Below, in pieces: positions 63,751 to 64,000 of a stretch of 64,000 nt of DNA; position 1 is the first letter of the stretch, and each line of letters opens with the position of its first letter. A program made the position numbers and the translations under genes. Where the stretch lies: assembly GCA_002104905.1 (NCBI GenBank), contig MCFE01000270.1:42891-106890 (forward strand), read 5' to 3'. Source of the stretch: Basidiobolus meristosporus CBS 931.73 (taxonomy: Eukaryota > Fungi > Basidiobolomycota). The notes beneath the pieces were generated by a model that saw only the letters and a program-made list of their open reading frames with translations, was not told where the DNA came from and made no database searches.

Positions 63751-64000
63751 GGGTTAGGGTTAGGGTTAGGGTTAGGGTTAGGGTTAGGGTTAGGGTTAGG
63801 GTTAGGGTTAGGGTTAGGGTTAGGGTTAGGGTTAGGGTTAGGGTTAGGGTTAGGGTTAGGGTTAGGGTTAGGGTTAGGGTTAGGGTTAGGGTTAGGGTTA
63901 GGGTTAGGGTTAGGGTTAGGGTTAGGGTTAGGGTTAGGGTTAGGGTTAGGGTTAGGGTTAGGGTTAGGGTTAGGGTTAGGGTTAGGGTTAGGGTTAGGTT
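63751..64000 (+). repeat. Telomere (TTAGGG)n, about 41 units, G-strand running to the end of the window
   Basis: Uninterrupted tandem TTAGGG to the last bases of the sequence. Confidence 0.98.

Overview
Right-hand chromosome end of an intron-rich fungus, probably an early-diverging lineage (inference only), with three sharply separated domains. (1) About 1-34.8 kb is a CpG-depleted block of nested, mostly dead transposons: several Ty1/Copia copies of two families, one full-length Ty3/Gypsy, PIF/Harbinger and CACTA-like remnants, and three copies of an unclassified ~700-bp foldback (palindromic) element. (2) About 35.2-57.4 kb is a CpG-normal gene island: NECAP, a secreted tyrosinase, a head-to-head pair of PMT2-type O-mannosyltransferases, a UBL-WLM protease, ALG1, a CDC3-type septin, COQ8 and an IQ+BAG protein. 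(3) 58.7-64 kb is a head-to-tail array of telomere-attached retroelements followed by the (TTAGGG)n telomere. The main candidate for an undescribed system is this array. It has two module types: A carries only an ORF1-like gene, and B carries a LINE-type reverse transcriptase with no recognisable endonuclease. Every module is oriented with its 5' end toward the telomere and its 3' end joined to TTAGGG, and A and B share a short structured 3' terminal signal. This looks like a bipartite, endonuclease-free retroelement that extends or heals chromosome ends by priming on the telomeric G-strand. A 61-bp exact copy of the B 3' region also sits 47 kb inward inside the Gypsy element. All alignments and counts were made by eye; no database searches were run.
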